Shown: one piece after another, positions 56,801-64,000 of the stretch
Layout of the letters: the number at the start of each line of letters is the position of its first letter
Position numbering within the stretch: position 1 is the first letter of the stretch
From: Tubiluchus corallicola
Lineage: Eukaryota > Animalia > Priapulida
Reading direction: 5' to 3'
Assembly (NCBI GenBank): GCA_030141605.1
Contig: JAQGDQ010000012.1
Location: 948,359-1,012,358 of the forward strand
Length of the DNA: 64,000 nucleotides
The notes under the pieces: generated by a model
Told to the model about the DNA's origin: nothing
The model's database searches: none
The model's input: the letters and a program-made list of their open reading frames with translations, nothing else
Program-made: the position numbers and the translations under genes

Positions 56801-59800
56801 AAGTTATGACTTGCTATCGCTATCTATATATATATGTGTGCATCTAATTATATATATATAATATATGTATGTAGCCATATATATATATATATATATGCAG
56901 CCATTAGTATGCCATCAGTTCTATTATAATAATGTAATTTTAGAGCAGATAGAGACGACCTCATGACAATCGAGATGCCATATTGGAAATGTGTTATATG
57001 CAATACCAACATGTATATGAAAGTTGAGAGGTAAGGCAATTTTCTCTGTGTAATATCTACATGTCTCTATGTACATTGCTTAGCATATCAACATATGTAT
57101 TTATTGTGTTTTTATGTACTTGATATGTATGTTTAAATTTAAACCGAAATCTCATAGTTCACTCTTAGTACACTCACCATTCCTTTACTTACTTAAGCAA
57201 ATTATGCTCCATATGTAAACTTTATGCTGAATTTATCACACCTAATTCTGAAAATTTCGTTAAGATAATTGCGCATATAATTAATTACTAATAGCAACAT
57301 TACTTACAGGGTGGTTGACTTTGATAACTTTTAGTTCCTCGTCACCTTTTCACCAATCACTTGAATATCATAACTCAGATAATTTAATCATTTAATAATT
57401 TTGTCACTTTGTATCATATTATCGTTCCATGCACTGTGTTTTTCGTGTAAAAAGGTGATTAATAAAAAAGATACTTAGATACTAGATAGATACTTACTAT
57501 CATAATATAAAGGTTTAAATTAATTCTGTGTAAATGTTCAACTTTTTGCAAAAATGTAGAACTCTGGTAAGTTTTATTGAAATGTTTATAACTGATAACT
57601 AACGTATAACCTGTGTAACTTTCATATAACTGTTTTTTGGTGAATATTGTCATACTTGATTTATTTTAGTCCCCTAAAAGCCCTTAGTAGGGTAAAATAA
57701 GTGTAGGACGATAATGAAGATGCCTGTGAAATGAGACTGCACTAGTTGCTGCATTCATAAGAAAGATAATCCAAGCTCTTTATTAGATAAAAATTCTACC
57801 ACATTCATTCTTCTTTCACACAAAAGGTCAACCGAATAACAAACTAATCACAGTTAATATTATTCACCTCAATAGTTACAATGACAGGTAAGTCCACATA
57901 TTCAACCTTGACCAATCTAGCAGCTTTCTGAGACACCTCCCTAGTCTCTGCTATGATTCCCCCAATTAACTCCCCTGCGTATTGGACCTCGTCTTCCGCA
58001 AATAAGGGCTGATCAAAGTTATTCTGAGCAAGATTTTTGCCAGGAATGTCTCGGCAATCAATAAATGTCACAACACCAGGTGTAGCTAATGCTGCACTGA
58101 CGTCAACTGATTTTATCTGTGCATGAGCCCTTTGAGAGATAACTACTCCTAGATGTAATTCACCTAAAATAAAATATGTAATCTAGAAATGGCATTTCAT
58201 AAATGTAAATAGGAAGCTTAGTAAAACTTGGTATATTAATACTGTATCTTGTCATATAACAACTAATGTAGATGTTATGTAGTGTAATATAAGCCAGTAT
58301 TTTTGTTTTCTAACAGTAAACTATGTATCAGTTTACATGTGATAGCAGTAGTGTTATCTACTAAACTCAAAACTACCCGTCACTACAAAGTTAGAGCAGA
58401 TGAGCACCTAGGACTTTCACACAGGATATGAAGTGCTCTGCCTCTCCTCTCTGACTGACCGACTGACCTACCTACCTACTTATCTATCTATTCTACATAC
58501 ATATAGACAGATATGTATATATATATGTATATGCATTCATGTATTTTGATTACTATAATCTCAGTGGCTGTTCTGGTGTTAATCAGTTTAGTTGAAAACC
58601 GAAGGTTAATTAGGTTACTGAAATTACAAACAAGCTGACAGGGTGTTGCATGCATTTAAGTTATGCATGTGCTGAGTATTTCTCAGTACTGAGTGACAAA
58701 AGCGAATCTTCTGAGGTTGGTCTTCATACCTTCAAGTAGCCTTGTATCATCACAGTATACAGCCTCTCCCGTTGCATGTTCTAATGCAGAAGAATGAACC
58801 AAAGGACGTCCTAGAGGATCCTGTTCTGGCTGACTGGATTTTACAACTTCAAACACTTGTGAGGTCTTAGGCATTTCTCGCTCAACTTTGCCAGTTGCAT
58901 GCAATGCACTTGTCTAAACAGAATACCATGTTGTAATATTATTGAAATTTAACTTTTACACACAGTAAACTCCGCACACAGCACAATTCCCGTAATTCCG
59001 TTCGGTGTCAATTGGAATATCATTTGTCTCGGATAGATTCAGTAGAATGGATTTGTTTCTATATATCTTAATGTTTAAAGCAACTGCAAAACTCGGTATA
59101 TCACTGACTCCGTTATATTTTACAGGCATAATATATACAGACTTTCTCAATAAATACAGACGGTGCTTTTATGTACGCATACAATGTCTAAACCTTGCAT
59201 ATAAAGTTTCACTGCTGATTGCTTGATCTTGATCTGTTTCCTCTTGAGTTGCACTGCAGTAGTGTTTAACTGCTTTAGTGCTAGGCATTTTCTAAATAGA
59301 TTACTCAAAACAAATGGGGTATGTCAACAATTAATCATTTTAAAACAAACTAAGTTACCTTTGGCAGGCTCTTGTTTTAATAACCAGGCACCTGTTTTAT
59401 ACTAAATAACTGCAAGCTACAGAGTGCATCCATCGGGAAACGAGTGCACAAACATGAGTATTAACTGAACTCGGTTTATTGGGCAACTTGGGTAGATTCT
59501 TTGGCCCTTGCTATCCGGGGTTTAGTGCATTACAATTTCGACTGATATTAGACATGGTATAGACATATCATACAAAAGTGGTGCTGACATGCCATTACCA
59601 GTTGGCATACCAGTGATTAGTATTTGTGGGGAATATCTGTTGCACTTGTTCACATAAATGGCAGATTGTTTTAAGATTCTGCTTGCCTAAAACCTACAGT
59701 AATCTCTACCTAACAATTTCAAGTGTTAGTTCACTCAAAATATTAGATTGTTTAGTAAACCATTAAAATGGTACTAAGGCCTGTCATGATCAAAATACAT

Positions 59801-62800
59801 CATGTAGCCTATTGATCATGGCATTTAACAGCAACTCACTCAACACTGGACAAGTTGGTGGTTCAAACCTGGGCTCAGTCCCGACGTTTACATATTTCAT
59901 ATCTTATAGTCAAGTTCCGTTTCAAATCTTCAGTAGTTTTGGATTTGTTCTATCATTTTACAAACTTATTTAAATAATATGACAGATAACTAAAAACGTT
60001 GATTCTAGTAATTTAAAACTAACTAATTTAAAACTCAAAATACAATTATTACAATCATACAAAAAAAAGAATCACATAATTTGAATATGATCTGCTGTAG
60101 AAATGCCAACCTCTTGTAAAACCTGCATGTAGAACTTGTAAAATAGACTTGTTACTAGAAGATTCCTGTAGTCAACCATCCCATCAGGGTCGTTAGCTGG
60201 TATCTTTAGTTCAATTTTGAGAGAGTTACATGCAGCTTGCAACATTTCATCATTCCATATTCTGCACAAAATACGGTTTAGATTAACGCAATATGCTAAA
60301 TCATCACAGGTACAGCGACTAAATAAGCCTAGTTAATTATAACTTACAAAGAGAAATTTTCAAGAACAGGATACATTTGGCAAAGTATAACACAGAAAAA
60401 TTTAACTATATCCATGCTGTTACTGTGAAAAGGCTTATCAGTATTTTAAGGCTCCAGTATCAGCTGCCATGACCACAATAATTAACGTTACAATACAACC
60501 AGTACAAGATGGGAATAAGATTCTTTTGAACCATATGATGCGTATTATATAAAACAAATCAAATAATGAAAAATTATATATTGCACAAATGTCGGTTAGA
60601 CTTCCACTATCTAAAACACTAACAATGATATTTCCAGTGATCGGCCAGTTCCACTAGAAGATGAACTTGTCCAAGTTCCAAGTTTTTTGGGAACAAATGA
60701 ACATAGTGCAAGTACAAGTTTCTCCTAGCCAGAACGAACCTTCCTTCACTTCAAGTTCACAATAGAGTTTTGACAAAGTTCAAGTTCAAGTTGCTTTCCT
60801 AATAATTGCTAAGTGCCTAAGTTCACAAAAAAGTGAAGGAGCTCCTGCAACTTGTTCACAAGGTCAGATAATTTGAGTCTCTTAGTGGCTGCTCCCCTAA
60901 ACACACCTTCCAATGAGTGATTCTGCAGTCGTCCTTGCAGCCACTGTGGTTGGTCCAATGCCACCATAGCAGGCTTGAAAATTTTTTATTCCTTTATTTG
61001 GCTGATCCAAAAGCACTCTGAAGGCACATACAACAACAGCTGTATCAAACTCCCTTCTATTCGACTGTTTGTAGGCAACAATATGATCATACTGAAATAA
61101 GCAACATAAAAGTTCAAAACTTGGCATGTTCAATATTGGCATACAACTTTTTAATTATGCTATTCCTAATGGCTAAGTTCATTTGCACTTGTAAAGACTT
61201 CTTGTAATAAGTTCAGGTGCAACTCTAGTGGAATACAGAAATGTAAGTGTTATCACCAGTGCTATTTTCTATTTCTGCTTGTGATAAAAAATTATATCTG
61301 TTAAATTCACCTGATGACAAAAGTTATTACTCAAGAAAAGTTTATTTTTCAATGTGACTGAGTAAAACTCAAAAATTGTCTCATTTTTGCAGTGTATATA
61401 AAAAAGCAAATCTGGATATGCTGCATCTGCTCTCATTTGCTTTTAAATTTAAAATGTTTATACTAATAATTATACATCAGAAGAAATAGGCAGAAAAACC
61501 GATGTAATGATCTCATCCGAATTTAGGACTGTCTTCCCTTTTCCAACGAAGAACTTTTCATCAATGACAACACGCCTAGTAACTGCACCAGATGACAAGA
61601 CAGTAATGCTAACGCCCCCTACCAGCCATAATGGATTCAAATCTGCTTGTGAAGTGGCGGAGGCAATGCTGCCACCTAAAGTCTGCAAAAATGAAAAACA
61701 CACTCACTCACACTCACACTCAACTAAAGTGCAAACATTTGACACCTTTATAGTGAAATGGCAACATTATACGAACTTACTACATAGTGTCAGCGCAGGA
61801 TTGCATATGATAATACATCAGCTAATTAGAAGGCAAAGTAATTTTTGCCAGACAGTTTATATACAATGCTGTGTTGCAGTAATTAGGCAACTTCTACATT
61901 GAAATCATACATTCAACCATTATTGATATAAAGTGTAAGTATGAAAGTGTTTACAAAAGTTTTTCCATGGTCCTACCCAGAAAAAATGTTTAAACATTAG
62001 CTCAACAGTTATGTGATTATAAATGAATATGACTTTGATTATGTATGTGACAAATTACCCTTAGCATATCATTAATTTTATTTGTTTGACTGTATACTAA
62101 TCTATACAGTAATAAACTAGCTTGCTTACATACCGCAACATTTCTGATCTGTGGCCCAGCAAACCAGTTCAAGATGTCCAATGCCGCTTTAAATAACTTC
62201 ACTTTATCAGCTGAAAAATAACATAGAATTAACTGCACAGCTAAAACATGATGCAGTAGTCAAACTACAAAGCAGACTAAAACAGAAGCAAAATCGTTAT
62301 CGAGTTTCTTAGGACGATTCGACACAGCGCAAGCAAGTAGCCAGCACTCAGTGGCAAGGTCTGTTCATTATTTTGATGACTGTGACAGGACTGGAACTTG
62401 TCTCATTTTCTATGAAGTTCTCTAAGATGAAATACTGAAATTGCAGAAGTGTCTTTGCAACAAGTAAATGTATATCCATCATTAACAATACAAAAAGTAA
62501 TATGGCAAATGAAACCATCCAGAAGCAACTTTTCAGAACATTCATTTACAAATCAAGCACAGTGTTGTTTAACTCAGGCTCTAAGCCATTCCCCTCAGCT
62601 GTGTTAAGTGCAAACACATAAAAATACCAGAGTAATATTCTACAGCAGAATTAAGAACAGTTTCCAACGTTGTCATTGTAACAGCAGCACCAATATTTAC
62701 TCCAGAATCTGTCCATTCAATCTTTTGTAATTCCAATAGATGCCCAATTGATATAACAGCTAATGGAGTGGATAAACTTCTTATATAAAATCCTGCAAAA

Positions 62801-63035
62801 ACAAACAGCCAGAACAGTAAGCAACATTAAAATGAAAACAGAAACATAAATAATTTCAACTCATTATTTCGGACTAAAATATGTTCCTATATTTACCAAT
62901 ATTGGTACTCCCGGCAATCAACACAGCGTTTGAACTGTTTCTCTTTATTTTAACAGCTTCGCTCAAATTTGCAGGCTGATACCAGGTCAAGAGATTGCCT
63001 TGAAATAAAAGTGTTTCACATTCTGAAGGTCGTAG
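44874..63035 (-). CDS. XDH: Xanthine dehydrogenase/aldehyde oxidase-family molybdo-flavoenzyme, paralog 2 (5'-partial; exons 6-26, exons 1-5 beyond 64000)
   Basis: Exons: 63035-62897, 62792-62628, 62210-62134, 61682-61476, 61091-60907, 60261-60111, 58913-58730, 58163-57868, 56488-56392, 56033-55906, 54970-54907, 54446-54377, 54216-54129, 54022-53936, 52879-52688, 52310-52165, 50369-50192, 48773-48570, 47833-47579, 46303-46136, 45041-44874. Lengths and phases match paralog 1 except exon 11 (151 vs 166 nt), exon 14 (97 vs 94 nt) and exon 26 (168 vs 174 nt). Motifs [39 protein letters not shown]; no internal stops seen. Confidence 0.94.
49520..49929 (-). mobile_element. 5'-truncated RTE (BovB-like) LINE 3' end
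   Basis: [28 protein letters not shown]...GRPLLRFKD; 3' hairpin agccgtatcggct; (gtact)n tail; 6-bp TSD atgaca (49514-49519, 49930-49935). Confidence 0.85.
51480..51845 (+). mobile_element. Probable CR1/L2-clade LINE 3'UTR remnant
   Basis: ggatgacag...ctgtcatcc hairpin followed by an (aataa)n tail; no coding remnant confirmed. Confidence 0.35.
56563..57728 (+). mobile_element. Degraded Penelope-like element with inverted 5' pLTR piece and decayed hammerhead motifs
   Basis: Inverted ~55-bp repeat (56563-56620 vs 57669-57728). The minus strand reads CTGATGA-agtccttagtagggt-AAAA-tacatGTA-gga, followed by aataaa. Confidence 0.55.
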
Positions 63036-63327
63036 CTGAAACAAATAAAGCAAACACTGTGTTTCGTAAAAAACAGAATAATTTATCAAGAGTAATGAAA
63101 CAATAATAACAAATAACAACACCAAATTAACTAATATGTCTTACAAAACAATCTGGAAAGCTATAATTATAATTGAATGGAAAAGAACGGTGCTGAAGGA
63201 TTTTTAATGTTAATCTCAAATGACAGCTTTATCCACACCTACTTCAATACACTATGTGTGAAAAAATGTTAATAAAGAGGTACAGTGGAAAGTTTTAGTG
63301 TGACATCATTGGTAATTCACACTGCAC

Positions 63328-63787
63328 TACAGTGGCCGCCGCTTATTGTGGACACCTCGGGCCAGCAGTGTATGTCCATATTAAGCGGCTGTCCATATTA
63401 AGCGAAGTGACCCATGAAGACCCTTCCCCTTCATTAAAAAAGGCAAAAAACTGTCTGTATCAACTCGTCTCCTGTTTTATTGAAAAAAAGAAGTCAGACG
63501 AGTTTGTTTGGCAGGAAACTTTTCTCTCAACCTTGAACGGAAGGAAGTTATCACAGTTTCGAAGCTCTCAAGGCTACGGCAAACGGCGAACTGACTGATG
63601 CAATGACTCACACAGGCAGCAGAGCGGGAAGCTCTTTTCAATCAAGAATGTTCGCTGTCCATATTAAGCGGCGGTTGTCCATATTAACCGGCGGATTTTA
63701 TTAGGGGAAAATTCCGTCCCTCGCGAGTTGTCCACAATAACCGGCTGTCCACAATAACCGTGTCCATAATAAGCGGCGGCCACTGTA
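63328..63787. mobile_element. MITE family A, copy 2 (460 bp including TA TSDs)
   Basis: Same TIR and TSD as 14391-14890; differs by a 40-bp deletion and two visible substitutions. Confidence 0.93.
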
Positions 63788-64000
63788 CTTTACTATTGCA
63801 GCATGGTAAAATTTTCTGTTTTCTGATCATTCCTGACATTTTAAAAGTCACACTTCCAGGTTGCCTTGCACTGCCCAAATGCTTCTGACAAAGAGTGACC
63901 ATTTTTAAACTTTTTGAAGGATAAAATTGTAAAAGTGGACTCCTACGTACGATCGACCGACAAGAACTGGAAACCAAAGGAATTTGACAAAGTTTGTATC

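Noticed and set aside
59359-59391. 33-nt AG/GT-flanked pseudo-exon that might restore the shorter exon 11 of paralog 2
   Set aside because: It has an in-frame TAA in the required phase and no counterpart in paralog 1.
61507-61902. Plus-strand ORFs overlapping XDH exons (also 28268-28516, 47567-47848, 5449-5685)
   Set aside because: Antisense shadows of coding exons with no independent evidence.
1-64000. CRISPR array or prokaryotic defence system (RT genes, repeats)
   Set aside because: The sequence is eukaryotic and spliced; the RTs are LINE-type and there is no regular repeat-spacer array.

Overview
AT-rich, intron-rich animal genomic DNA (probably an invertebrate; species not determinable from sequence alone). 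It carries two tandem minus-strand molybdo-flavoenzyme genes of the xanthine dehydrogenase/aldehyde oxidase (XDH/AOX) family. Gene 1 is complete: 26 coding exons, ATG at 35315, stop at 4311, 1310 aa by manual splicing. Gene 2 shows exons 6-26 (63035 to 44874), and its 5' end lies beyond the window. Intron positions are the same in both genes. Both keep the catalytic Glu (GEPP), Gln767 and Glu802 equivalents (bovine XDH numbering), but the substrate-binding Arg880 is replaced by Glu and the NAD-related FAD-domain residues are lost. This points to an oxidase subfamily with an acidic pocket. Gene 1 intron 2 looks U12-type. Introns and the intergenic spacer hold many mobile elements: two Tc1/mariner-pogo MITE families (one very young), a long-TIR foldback with a nested MITE, a Harbinger-like element, CR1/L2 and RTE LINE relics, a 5S-rRNA-headed SINE and two Penelope-like relics with decayed minimal hammerhead ribozymes in inverted orientation.
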